A stretch of 42,163 bases of DNA from a virus (taxonomy: Duplodnaviria; Caudoviricetes), in the IMG/VR virus record IMGVR_UViG_3300032295_001565, positions 1-42,163 of that record, one strand, 5' to 3'. A program made the position numbers and the translations under genes. Under the pieces are notes generated by a model. The model saw only the letters and a program-made list of their open reading frames with translations, ran no database searches and was not told the origin of the DNA. Shown piece by piece: positions 26,901-34,503 of the stretch (within the stretch, counting starts at the first letter, position 1; every line of letters begins with the position of its first letter).

Positions 26901-29650
26901 AAAGTACCTGTACTTCCTGATACGTTAAGTGATCCTGTTATGTTTACTGATCCTAATATTGATTCAGTACCTATAAAGTTATTTGAACCTGTAGTAGCAA
27001 AGGATCCAGTTTTAGCATTAATGGATGCAGTATAGCTATATAATGAAGCAGTAGCTAAGTTTAATGAAGTTATATTTGCATTATTAGAAGCTGTATAGCT
27101 GAATATTGATGCAGTGAATAAATTTAAAGAGGCTGTTGCTCTATTAAGAGAAGCAGTTTCAACTAATATATCAGATATAGTAGCATTTATAGATGCGGTA
27201 TAACTGTATAATGAAGATGTTGCTAAGTTTAATGAAGTTATATTTGCATTATTTGATGCAGTATAACTAAATATACTTGCACTAAAAGCATTTATTGAAC
27301 TAGTATAGTTTTGAAAGGATCCAGTTTGAGTAAATTGGGTACTATTTAAACCATCTAATAAATCAGCGTTATTAGCATATGATGCAGTTCCTATTAAAGA
27401 ACCTATAATACTACCACTTACAAATATTGAACCACTTATCTCCACTTTATTTCCTGCGGCGTGTATAAGATTACTTCTATTACCATCATCAGTTCCATTA
27501 CCTACAATAAAAGCGGAAGGTACGGATGATACATAATTGAATTGGCCCTGTACGTGTTGGTGATTGGCTAATGCTATTGTTTGATAACCTTCGGCATGTG
27601 AATATGAGCCTGATGCTATTGTTTCTTGGCCTTCAGCATGTGAGTAATCTCCTATTGCTTGGGTAAAATCTCCTTCAGCATGTGAGTAGTTTCCTATTGC
27701 TTTAGTAATACTTCCTTCAGCGTGTGAGTATTCTCCGGTTGCTATATTCCCCTCTAACCCTTGAATAAGAGAGCCTGTTATAGTTTGATTACCATTAAAT
27801 TGGTTTGAACCAGTTGTTGCAAATGATCCAGTTTTAGCATTTATAGATGCTGTATAAGCTATAAAACTAGAACTTAAAGCATTTAAGTCAGCATCTGTAG
27901 CAAAAGTAGCGTCTAAAGATGAACTAAAAGTTTCTAAAGCAACTATTCTACTATTAAATGATGATGAATTAGCTGTAGTAGAAGCTGTAAAATTCAACAT
28001 TGAAGCACTAAAAGCATTTAATGATGCTGTTGCTCTATTAAGAGAAGCAGTTTCAATTAAAATATCATTTACTGTAGCTTGGATTGAAGCGGTAAATACT
28101 TGTAATGAAGCTGTTTCTACTAGTATATCTGCTACTGTTGCATTTATGCTTGCAGTATAGTTTAAAATACTAGCACTAAAAGCATTTAATGATGCTGTTG
28201 CAGACTGGAAGTTAGCAACAGTAGTATTGTTAGATGCAGTGTATGAATTTATAGAAGAGGTATAGTTTTGGAATGATCCTGTTTGTACAAATTGAGTTGA
28301 ATCTAATCCATCTAATAGGTTTGAATTATTAGCATAAGAAGCAGTACCTTGTAATGAACCTGTAATACCGCCTGTTACATTTAAACTACCAGACATTATA
28401 CTAGACCCTAATACACTGAATGATCCAGTTACTACTGCTGAACCTGAAAGTGTAGTATTACTATTTACTTTAAATCCATAAGCAGGATCTACTGATGCTG
28501 TAACACTACCGCTAACAATTTGAGATAAATTTAATCCAATAACACCTGAAGCTAATACATAAGATGCAGTTAGAGCTTGAGATGCTGATGTAGCAAAAGA
28601 TGAACTTATTGCTCTAGAAGCTGAAACAGCAAATGAAGAAGTTAATGTGTTAATTACACTTCCTGATACTGTTATAGCACCTTTTATTAAAACAGATCCA
28701 GTAAATATTTGGTTGTTATTTGCATTATTACCAAATGTGTTTGAACCTGAGCTATAAATTATTGATGAACTTACTGTTTGAACTACTAATGTTCGAGCAG
28801 TAAGAGTATTTGTAACATCTAAATTATTTGTAACTAAAATATTACTTGCAGTAACATTACTTGAAGCTACTAAACTACCGCTAACACTTAATGAACCAGT
28901 CATTGAGTGTTGGTTATTAGAATTTAATTGGAATTTATTATCACTATTAACATCACCACCACCCACAAAAAATCCTAAATGTTTGTTAGCTGATGTATTA
29001 CCAATATGTAAATTATTACCTGTAGAGTAAATGTATGCATCATTAGGACCACCAAGAAAACCATTAAAGTTACCACCATTGATACCCATATCAATGTAAT
29101 TACTAGTTTCATTACCATTATTTGCTGTAGCAACAATATCAGATGATGCTGAAGTTCCTGCATTAAGGTTTTGAATGTTAAGTTGTAAGTAATTATTTAA
29201 ATTACCTTTACCACTAATTACATTAAATGAAGATGTACTTGCTTGATAGACATACAATGCTTCTGGGTTGTTTGTATCAACACCATTTTGATTGATAGCA
29301 ATACTATAACCTTGATCAAGTCCATTATCAACTTGAAACATTGCACTGTCTGCTAATTTTTGTGAAGCGCTTAAATAAGGAATATGACCTATTGTTATAC
29401 CCTCTAAACCATCCGAATATGAAGAGGTTGCAGCGTAAGATGAAGATGCTGCGAAAGATGCGAAAGATGCGCTTAATATTGAACCGCTAGTTGAAGCTAA
29501 TTCTATTATACTTTCAGACCCATTGTCTTTTTTAAGAAAAACTTTACCATCAAAAGTATTCAAGGCTAATTCGCCAAGATCTAAGGATGAAGTGGTAGGG
29601 ATTCTACCTGAAACGGCACTGCGTTTTAATTTTAATTTATTAACAGACAT
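20915..29650 (-). CDS. Giant Ser/Thr-rich repetitive fibre protein (2911 aa)
   Basis: N-terminal LKRS...P...L.LGELALN..DGK.F fibre-attachment pattern; 8 LLD.L[DN]STQF and 8 [TS]GS[FY]ATTGSN modules; heptad TAS stalks; YSHAEG repeats. Confidence 0.85.
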   Translation of the reverse strand: MSVNKLKLKRSAVSGRIPTTSSLDLGELALNTFDGKVFLKKDNGSESIIELASTSGSILSASFASFAASSSYAATSSYSDGLEGITIGHIPYLSASQKLADSAMFQVDNGLDQGYSIAINQNGVDTNNPEALYVYQASTSSFNVISGKGNLNNYLQLNIQNLNAGTSASSDIVATANNGNETSNYIDMGINGGNFNGFLGGPNDAYIYSTGNNLHIGNTSANKHLGFFVGGGDVNSDNKFQLNSNNQHSMTGSLSVSGSLVASSNVTASNILVTNNLDVTNTLTARTLVVQTVSSSIIYSSGSNTFGNNANNNQIFTGSVLIKGAITVSGSVINTLTSSFAVSASRAISSSFATSASQALTASYVLASGVIGLNLSQIVSGSVTASVDPAYGFKVNSNTTLSGSAVVTGSFSVLGSSIMSGSLNVTGGITGSLQGTASYANNSNLLDGLDSTQFVQTGSFQNYTSSINSYTASNNTTVANFQSATASLNAFSASILNYTASINATVADILVETASLQVFTASIQATVNDILIETASLNRATASLNAFSASMLNFTASTTANSSSFNSRIVALETFSSSLDATFATDADLNALSSSFIAYTASINAKTGSFATTGSNQFNGNQTITGSLIQGLEGNIATGEYSHAEGSITKAIGNYSHAEGDFTQAIGDYSHAEGQETIASGSYSHAEGYQTIALANHQHVQGQFNYVSSVPSAFIVGNGTDDGNRSNLIHAAGNKVEISGSIFVSGSIIGSLIGTASYANNADLLDGLNSTQFTQTGSFQNYTSSINAFSASIFSYTASNNANITSLNLATSSLYSYTASINATISDILVETASLNRATASLNLFTASIFSYTASNNANITSLNLATASLYSYTASINAKTGSFATTGSNNFIGTESILGSVNITGSLNVSGSTGTLFTANVDTLVLTGSLIVSGSTTITGSLVVSGSITGSIFGTASYANNADLLDGLDSTQFTQTGSFQNYTSSINAFSASILATTTSLNLFTASINSYTASNTSNVLSFNAFSASINSYTASINAKTGSFATTGSNIFTADQTIQGTLTVNKIVVQTVTASQTYSSGSNIFGNLASNNQVFTGSVLVSGSISVSGSVINNLTASYAMSASQAISASQAFSSSYSLNSDLLDGLDSTQFVQTSSFQNYTSSLNSFTSSINSYTASNNASINSIYSFSASINSYTASTNLTIADLLVETASLQAATASLNRFSASINLFTSSYATGSFTGSFKGDGSGLYSIPASGIVGLNLAQIASGSVTASVDPAYGFRVNSNTTITGSLIVSGSTTQIGNNNLLGNTSLSGSIVISGSVAAQANLSIGGTLRLDPATDPGLQNLSSSFLFTSESNTSTGYDLYYRQSNNLVKFKWLEGGLSSGLLYGGSITYSGSYIYITPGAGIINNMNANTGSEISPVVNYVKWPAYTASATYLTSSQNTYLYVDASGNIFQQTSFFNQTLYEQAIPLGRVTHPNYVSITGVGSNVQTTYDNDTQQNDFIRAFGPIKVSGFSILPQTGSLRFGIGDGIAYNLGGFYTQDPNSPSHYESNGFATASIARAWRSGSGVYLDNNGGAFYNTVDPDYWDDGTGILNTMSSGDWQIQRVFANPVTGRVVVYYGQTGTYTNLLNALQYLATDPFTEGEFTAKSLVFVGYLVLRGQTNNLTDTVNNRIIDAGIFRNIAGGSSGGGAVAQTLEDLSDVLITTPSNGQALIYDGGNWINGTPLNATSASSALYAISSSYSLSSSYALQATNSNTASFAGNYTLTSSFNSFTTASNATLVSLNLFSASINSYTASNNATVTNFQSATASLNLFSASINSYTASNNAMIADILIETASLNRATASLYNFSSSILNFTSSTLVASSSFNDRINSISGSYATTGSNTFIGNQNIQGNLTVTDTITAQRLVVEYISSSITYNTGSNKFGNDLSNTQQFTGSVTITGSLAVNDSNVILTNQTSSMSVLSSSYALSSSYALNSDLLDGLDSTQFVQTGSFQNYTSSINNFTASVTTNSASFNDRINVISGSYATTGSNIFRGSQVISGSLNVSGSITAFSFTGSLAGTASYASNSDLLDGLNSTQFVQTGSFDSATNSLNAFSASILSYTASNNANISALNAQTASLLTTTASLYEFSASILSYTASNNANIISINAQTASILNYTASNNANISSIYNFSSSILSYTASNNTVFGNTTASLYSFTASINSYTASINATIADILVETASLNRVTASLLSYTASINAKTGSFATTGSNNFIGTETITGSLIVSGSGTIASLNSDTLEVTGSLIVTGSTILIGTTLITGSISVSGSVVNTLTASYASNADLLDSLDSTQFVQTGSFQNYTSSINAFSASILNTTASINLFTASINNYTASNTSNVLSFNAFSASVLSYTSSLNAKTGSFATTGSNIFTADQTIQGSLTVTRIVVQTVTASQTYSSGSNIFGNLASNNQVFTGSVLVSGSISVSGSVTNNLTASYALNANLLDELDSTQFVQTGSFQNYTSSLNTFSSSILSYTASNNAMIADILIETASLNAFSASINNYTASINATIADILVETASLNRVTASLQLFTASINSYTASINAKTGSFATTGSNTFIGNQLVSGTLYVTSSTQTVGQFVGNQNGYVEFSVRNTNTGLSASGDFAVYADDGTPTSYYIDMGINNSGAGAYAYDGAILGRAHDAYIYNTGGNLIIGNANNETVSQSLFLFANTLGQADVVITGSRMGLQKSGSLNATLDVNGSVIITGSLIVSQSITATLNGTASYATNALTSSYALVATSASYATTSSYAKDFVIGTDGTFVFDQTLTDYYSVASSINGANNLFTQPTGSYRSGFYKYTIFNGANARTGEVMAVWNGGTATYTDISTTDIGNTNAVTASVSIVSAQAQFNIQTNTSGWTIRSIATYM
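22080..23000 (-). repeat. Copy 2 of a ~0.9-kb internal duplication in the giant fibre gene
   Basis: Same module order as 26110-27200; 52 nt identical at 22481-22532 and 26570-26621. Boundaries approximate. Confidence 0.75.
26110..27200 (-). repeat. Copy 1 of the internal duplication in the giant fibre gene
   Basis: Encodes ...GSNIFTADQTIQG.LTV..IVVQTVTASQTYSSGSNIFGNLASNNQVFTGSVLVSGSISVSGSV..., repeated at 22080-23000. Boundaries approximate. Confidence 0.75.
27545..27750 (-). repeat. 42-nt tandem repeats encoding YadA-head-like 14-mers
   Basis: Four A.G.YSHAEG..T units plus a degenerate fifth (ALANHQHVQG). Confidence 0.75.
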
Positions 29651-29706
29651 ATGTATGGATCCTTTTTAATGGTATATACCAGGATAATAGCTTATATAAA
29701 GCTACG
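29648..29706 (-). promoter_or_regulatory. Structured 5' leader with three TAYATA-centred hairpins
   Basis: TAGCTT-TATAT-AAGCTA; TGGT-ATAT-ACCA; CAT-ACAT-ATG (start codon in the stem). Confidence 0.5.
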
Positions 29707-29715
29707 TATAAATAT
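29707..29715 (-). promoter_or_regulatory. Putative late promoter ATATTTATA
   Basis: Motif 56 nt upstream of the giant fibre ATG. Confidence 0.6.
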
Positions 29716-29719
29716 ACTA

Positions 29720-29890
29720 TTAATAAGTTCCCCCGTCTATTATATCGACATTTATTGAACCGCTTGTGTTAAAAGAAGCACTAACTGGGAATGTTGTATT
29801 ATTAACAATAGTTAGTGAACCCGATATGGCTAATGAGCCACTTGCGTATGATAAATTTGATTGTAATTGTTCTATTCTTAATCGTGCCAT
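29720..29890 (-). CDS. 56-aa virion peptide ending IDGGTY (possible fibre adaptor)
   Basis: Not in ORF track. MARLRIEQLQSNLSYASGSLAISGSLTIVNNTTFPVSASFNTSGSINVDIIDGGTY*; ATG 1 nt after the upstream stop and fills the gap exactly. Confidence 0.8.
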   Translation of the reverse strand: MARLRIEQLQSNLSYASGSLAISGSLTIVNNTTFPVSASFNTSGSINVDIIDGGTY

Positions 29891-29891
29891 G

Positions 29892-31163
29892 TTATATAAA
29901 TTTACCTACGGCTGCTACTTCATCAGTAGGTACTAATGAGTATCCAATTGAGCCTGTATTAAAAATTGCTAATACACTACCACCACCTTCTGATAAAGAA
30001 GTTATACATGATATTGGTATGTTTTGTCCGTTTATATAGAACACAAAATTCGAAACAGATGTTGCTGGTAATGTTGAACCACCTGCAAAATTTGGTTGTT
30101 TTATAGAAGATGTTATAAAGGTAGCTGTATTTGCTGTTACTATAGCTGCTACTTTAGTAACATTAGTATTTAAATAATCAGAGTCTAATGAAGCACCACC
30201 ACCAACAAAAGTTGTATTATTGGTAATATTAGTACCACCACCAATAAATGACGTAGATCCAGCTACTTGTGATGCTGCTATTTGAGAAGATGCATTAAAG
30301 GTTTCATCAACATCTCCATCTACAGTTTCTAAACCAAATATAATTTGAGATGGTGAATAGAACATATCAGTGTTAGCCATTTGTTTGTTAATAGTATCTG
30401 ATACTAAATAACCATTCAAAGTCATTGTAAAATTAGTTCTTGCTGCTCTATCAGCACCTTGTTCGATAATATTAGTTACAGCAAATGTATCAATTTTAGT
30501 TCTAAAATGCCATCTATTAAAATCACCCCAATATGAATCAGAAGCAAATTCAATTGCTTCAATTAATTTATTATTTTGTTCTACAAAGTTTGTAAATAAA
30601 ACACATTCATATGTTACAGTAACATAATCAGGTACTACAGAAACATAATATTGTTTTGATGGTATTCTATTTGTTAATATATTAAACTTATCATAAAAGT
30701 TTTTAGCATTGTATCTAGTTTCAAACACATTAAATAAATGTGATTTATTACCATCTATTTTATTACCTAATGTTCTATTTTTTTCAACATTAGTACGCTT
30801 ATACATGATAAGTGGGGCCATTATTTTACCGTCTTTATCACGATAAAAGCCATCATTTTGGACTGATTTCCATCTTTCAGCGTCACCAAAAATAACAGGT
30901 ACTGCTACTCTATTATTATTTTGAATAACATTAGGTCTAATAACATTATCAAAATAGTATTGTATAGCGCTATCAATATCTTCTAACCCAACAGAAATAT
31001 CTTTTATTTTATTACCTTTAAAAGATAAATCTCTAGCTCTATTGTGAGAAAAAACCGTACCCTCATCACTGTCAGGTTTACCTTGAGAAGGTAAATAAGC
31101 ATTGATTTGTGTTTGTTGCACTTGAACAATGTTGCGTGGTATTGGTTTTAATGGACGAGGCAT
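29892..31163 (-). CDS. Tail terminator / sheath-stabiliser (T4 gp15-like) with C-terminal extension
   Basis: VPVIFG..ERW...G.I.AP.I...R; PDYVTVTYE...EQ.NKLIE; third gene of the neck triad. Confidence 0.7.
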   Translation of the reverse strand: MPRPLKPIPRNIVQVQQTQINAYLPSQGKPDSDEGTVFSHNRARDLSFKGNKIKDISVGLEDIDSAIQYYFDNVIRPNVIQNNNRVAVPVIFGDAERWKSVQNDGFYRDKDGKIMAPLIMYKRTNVEKNRTLGNKIDGNKSHLFNVFETRYNAKNFYDKFNILTNRIPSKQYYVSVVPDYVTVTYECVLFTNFVEQNNKLIEAIEFASDSYWGDFNRWHFRTKIDTFAVTNIIEQGADRAARTNFTMTLNGYLVSDTINKQMANTDMFYSPSQIIFGLETVDGDVDETFNASSQIAASQVAGSTSFIGGGTNITNNTTFVGGGASLDSDYLNTNVTKVAAIVTANTATFITSSIKQPNFAGGSTLPATSVSNFVFYINGQNIPISCITSLSEGGGSVLAIFNTGSIGYSLVPTDEVAAVGKFI

Positions 31164-31498
31164 TATTTTTTCTTATTTTGCAATTCAATCATTTTATCTA
31201 GAGCAAAAACTAATTGGCTAATTTTAGTTAAATTAGTATTAATATCTTTAGCTACTTTAGATATGTTCTCATCAGCCGCATATTTAAACGGTTGAAATTG
31301 CTTACGCATTGTAAGAACTTGTCTACGAATATTTTCAAATTCAGGTAAATATTCTACATCAGTAACACTAGCTCCTGTTTCAGGATCTACAGTTGCTTTA
31401 CCTAATTTAAATCCTTTCTTTAAAAGTTCTTCATCACCTGGTTCGCCTGGTAATTGAACATAAGGACCTGCTTCTAATAAGTCTTTTAATTTAATCAT
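31163..31498 (-). CDS. Small protein starting MIKLKDLLE
   Basis: 111-aa ORF, TAATG coupling to the next gene. Confidence 0.75.
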   Translation of the reverse strand: MIKLKDLLEAGPYVQLPGEPGDEELLKKGFKLGKATVDPETGASVTDVEYLPEFENIRRQVLTMRKQFQPFKYAADENISKVAKDINTNLTKISQLVFALDKMIELQNKKK

Positions 31499-32037
31499 TA
31501 TAATCTATCTTTTTCTATGCCCAATTTCTCAACACGAGTGTAATGAGCGTTTACTATAATTGAAATTGAAGAACCAAAATTATCATTATCTGATGAATAA
31601 GAATAGTCTGGGTCTTTACCTACAAAATATTGATTTTCTAAAACATCATCTATTTCATAATAATTATTTTGCCACAAAACTACATCTCCTACTTCAGGAT
31701 ATATTCCGTAAGAAAATCCTTTACCACCTTCTGGCAATTCTATTGATAATTCATATCCTCTTAAATCATCTCTTAAAAATCTAAGTTGAATTTTTCTATC
31801 AACATCAGGTCCAAAACTATCAGTTGACCATTCTTGAGCTGACCTTTCAATTAAACAATTTACTAAAACAGGATTATAGTATATTTTTGAACCATTTGAT
31901 TCACCATACATGTTTGATGTAGTTTTAGTCAAATCTATCTTATAATATCCCACTTGTTGTTCAATAATATTATTGACCAACTCACGACCTATATGTCTAA
32001 TTAAACTTGCATCACGTGCTGTACCAAATAAACTCAT
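31498..32037 (-). CDS. Neck / head-closure protein (T4 gp14-like)
   Basis: N.YGES..K.Y...P.VGD......YYEI..V pattern; follows the gp13-like gene. Confidence 0.7.
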   Translation of the reverse strand: MSLFGTARDASLIRHIGRELVNNIIEQQVGYYKIDLTKTTSNMYGESNGSKIYYNPVLVNCLIERSAQEWSTDSFGPDVDRKIQLRFLRDDLRGYELSIELPEGGKGFSYGIYPEVGDVVLWQNNYYEIDDVLENQYFVGKDPDYSYSSDNDNFGSSISIIVNAHYTRVEKLGIEKDRL

Positions 32038-32038
32038 A

Positions 32039-32377
32039 TTAGTATTCTCCTACTTTTTCTAATGTATTATAACGCGGAATAAATTGAATTAAACCAGGTA
32101 TTTTACTAGTCACTAAAGCATCCGTTTTAATAGAATTAATAGCAACTTTCGGTTCTTCAAGCGCAAGATACTTGATTTTAAGTAATGCGTATTGAAATTT
32201 ATCATTACTTTTTTGTTTTAAAAAATCGTTCTGTTCAACAGTGACTACAACTATATTTTTTAATCCTCTAATTTCGTTATAAATAAACACCTGATTTTCT
32301 TCAACTGATGTTTTAATTAATACTTCTATTTTAAATAGTATTAGGGCCTCTGTTAATATGTCTGTTAATTTAATCAT
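32039..32377 (-). CDS. Small protein starting MIKLTDILTE
   Basis: 112-aa ORF coupled to the gp13-like stop; contains IRGLK.IVVV. Confidence 0.75.
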   Translation of the reverse strand: MIKLTDILTEALILFKIEVLIKTSVEENQVFIYNEIRGLKNIVVVTVEQNDFLKQKSNDKFQYALLKIKYLALEEPKVAINSIKTDALVTSKIPGLIQFIPRYNTLEKVGEY

Positions 32378-33534
32378 TAGAAGAAATATATTGATAAAGG
32401 TACATTTTGTAATTGTTTTGTAATAAAGTCAGCTTCAGTTGATTGTTGTTCTAATTGTGTTTTACGAGATGTTTGATCTAACATTGCACGTAATTGTTCT
32501 AACAATGCTGCTTTTTCTGCTCTAGCATCAGTCAATAAATCTTGTTGATTTAAAGTAACTTCAGATCCAGGAATAGGTACAGTACCATATTTTCCTCTTA
32601 CATAAGCTAACATTTCTTTTACTAATGCCAAAGTATATTGACGAATCCATTGTCTACCAACTGAGTTGATTTGACCATAGATTGGATTTTGATAAGGAAC
32701 ATTTGATACATTTGTTACTAAATTAGTTCTAGTATCTACAACTGGATTGTTTCTTTCATCTATTAAAATATAATGGAAGAACATTTTATCATTATATCCA
32801 GGAGTAACTTGTTGTGGGATAGGGAATATTCTAACCATATCACCATGAATATCAAATGAATAAGCTGCTTTTCTAATCTGATCATTCAATTGTATTGCTT
32901 GTACTTTTTGAATATCAAAATATATAGGCATTAACAAGAAGTTAATACCAGGAGACATCTGACCAAAGCCAAATGTTTCAAGTAATGATTGGATACCAGT
33001 ACCTGTACCAGCGTATGGATCAAAATAACGAACAATTGCTGGGGGAGCTTTATAAAATATTTCTTTAATTTCAGCAGAACCTGTTACGCCTGAAGCAGAT
33101 AATGCTGTTTTAATATTGTAATCTTGTACACCTGGAACTAAAGTAAATGATCCAGAGCGCCATATGGTTTTACCACCAGCACCTGCTTCAGAAGCATATG
33201 TTTCAGAAATACGAATTATACTACCAAGATTTGGTGTTACAACTTGATTATTCAATGCAGACCCTGTTACAGTGCCTTCTAAATTAAGGTAATTTTCACG
33301 AATCTTCCATTGGTAAACTTCGTTACCATATGTAGTAACTGCTTCTTCTAAAGCAGCATAAAATGATCCTGATTGTAATTCAACTTCAACTAAAGGATAA
33401 CCCAAGCGTTGTGCACACCATTGTGCTACTTTATCTGATTCAACTTGGAATATTGAATCTGTGTCATAAAATCCAAATGGGGTTGAGCCAGAAGTAAATG
33501 TTGATGTTCCGTTCCAAATTGCTATATTGCTCAT
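32377..33534 (-). CDS. Neck / head-tail adaptor protein (T4 gp13-like)
   Basis: RLGYP.V.VEL and WIRQY.LAL.KE.L..VRGKY...P.PG..VTLN motifs. Confidence 0.85.
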   Translation of the reverse strand: MSNIAIWNGTSTFTSGSTPFGFYDTDSIFQVESDKVAQWCAQRLGYPLVEVELQSGSFYAALEEAVTTYGNEVYQWKIRENYLNLEGTVTGSALNNQVVTPNLGSIIRISETYASEAGAGGKTIWRSGSFTLVPGVQDYNIKTALSASGVTGSAEIKEIFYKAPPAIVRYFDPYAGTGTGIQSLLETFGFGQMSPGINFLLMPIYFDIQKVQAIQLNDQIRKAAYSFDIHGDMVRIFPIPQQVTPGYNDKMFFHYILIDERNNPVVDTRTNLVTNVSNVPYQNPIYGQINSVGRQWIRQYTLALVKEMLAYVRGKYGTVPIPGSEVTLNQQDLLTDARAEKAALLEQLRAMLDQTSRKTQLEQQSTEADFITKQLQNVPLSIYFF

Positions 33535-33556
33535 TAACTAGGTAGTATTTAACGCG

Positions 33557-33565
33557 TATAAATAT
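33557..33565 (-). promoter_or_regulatory. Putative late promoter ATATTTATA
   Basis: Motif 22 nt upstream of the neck gene ATG. Confidence 0.6.
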
Positions 33566-33574
33566 TGCTAATAT

Positions 33575-34243
33575 TTATTTTCCATATTCATACTCAAGTA
33601 TCTTACCTACTAAATCAGAACGGTGATTCTCTTTCAATTTAATCCACTTGATTTCCTCTATTTTTTTGGATAATTCGATAGCATAACTTAAGCCGTTTAT
33701 TTCGCCTGTATTTGATTTGATATCGGTCTGTTCATTATCGCCGTTGATGACAATCTTACCAGTTTTACCTAAACGTGTCAATATGGCTAGCATTTCACCT
33801 TTAGTTAGGTTTTGTGCCTCTTCGACTATCAAAATATCGTCAATCGTTTTACCACGGATAAACTGGACGGGTATAGCTTTAACTTTTCCGTCTTCAATCA
33901 TTTTAGGTACTTCATTTTTGTCTGAGCAGCATTTAATTAAGTTTTCAACTAGTGCTTCCATGTATGGATCAAACTTTTCATTTAAGGCGCCAGGTAAGAA
34001 TCCTAAACTCCTACCAACCTCAACAGCAGCTCTTGTATTGTAAATACAAGCAACTTGTTTTTTCTTAAGGAAATCTAATGCGGCTTGAGCACATACTAAT
34101 GATTTACCACTACCTGCTCTACCTGTAACTACTACGATTTGATTTTCAACTATTAACCTTTTTGCTTCTTTTTGCTCTTCATTTAATTGTAAAGCATTTA
34201 TAGACTTTATTTCACTTTTTCTCTCGCGATTAGGTTCTCTCAT
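33575..34243 (-). CDS. phoH: PhoH-family ATPase
   Basis: Walker A GRAGSGKS, LGFLPG..EK.DPY, RGKT, EEAQN, LTRLG, GD..Q.D, HRS. Confidence 0.95.
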   Translation of the reverse strand: MREPNRERKSEIKSINALQLNEEQKEAKRLIVENQIVVVTGRAGSGKSLVCAQAALDFLKKKQVACIYNTRAAVEVGRSLGFLPGALNEKFDPYMEALVENLIKCCSDKNEVPKMIEDGKVKAIPVQFIRGKTIDDILIVEEAQNLTKGEMLAILTRLGKTGKIVINGDNEQTDIKSNTGEINGLSYAIELSKKIEEIKWIKLKENHRSDLVGKILEYEYGK

Positions 34244-34257
34244 GTATAACGGTTTTA

Positions 34258-34266
34258 TATAAATAT
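34258..34266 (-). promoter_or_regulatory. Putative late promoter ATATTTATA
   Basis: Motif 14 nt upstream of phoH, directly after a terminator. Confidence 0.6.
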
Positions 34267-34268
34267 GT

Positions 34269-34294
34269 AAAAAAGCCCTACATTTCTGTAGGGC
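34269..34294 (-). terminator. Rho-independent terminator
   Basis: GCCCTACA-GAAA-TGTAGGGC-TTTTTT. Confidence 0.9.
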
Positions 34295-34302
34295 CCTTCA
34301 GT

Positions 34303-34410
34303 TTATTTTTTAAACTTAGAAACTAAATTTTTGATGTGTGGACCTGCCACTACACCAACTACTACACCTAGCAAAAAATGCCAGTGTAATAAAAACGCGA
34401 AATTCTCCAT
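34303..34410 (-). CDS. 35-aa single-pass membrane peptide
   Basis: Not in ORF track. MENFAFLLHWHFLLGVVVGVVAGPHIKNLVSKFKK*; A-rich start context; bracketed by two terminators. Confidence 0.7.
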   Translation of the reverse strand: MENFAFLLHWHFLLGVVVGVVAGPHIKNLVSKFKK

Positions 34411-34465
34411 GTTTTTATTTGGTTTTGGTTAGAAAATACAAAACCGCGCGTTGGTTGGTACCGCG

Positions 34466-34474
34466 TATACATAT
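34466..34474 (-). promoter_or_regulatory. Variant late promoter ATATGTATA
   Basis: One mismatch to ATATTTATA, in the same position just after a terminator as at 9967 and 34258. Confidence 0.45.
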
Positions 34475-34476
34475 AC

Positions 34477-34503
34477 AAAAGAAGTCCGAGCTTGCGCTCG
34501 GAC
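34477..34503 (-). terminator. Rho-independent terminator after the second capsid gene
   Basis: GTCCGAGC-GCAA-GCTCGGAC-TTCTTTT. Confidence 0.9.

Noticed and set aside
20915-29650. Dispersed DNA repeats as a CRISPR array or DGR template/variable repeat
   Set aside because: Repeats are in-frame coding modules with third-position variation, irregular spacing, no evident adenine-specific mismatch pattern, and no cas or reverse transcriptase gene in the window.
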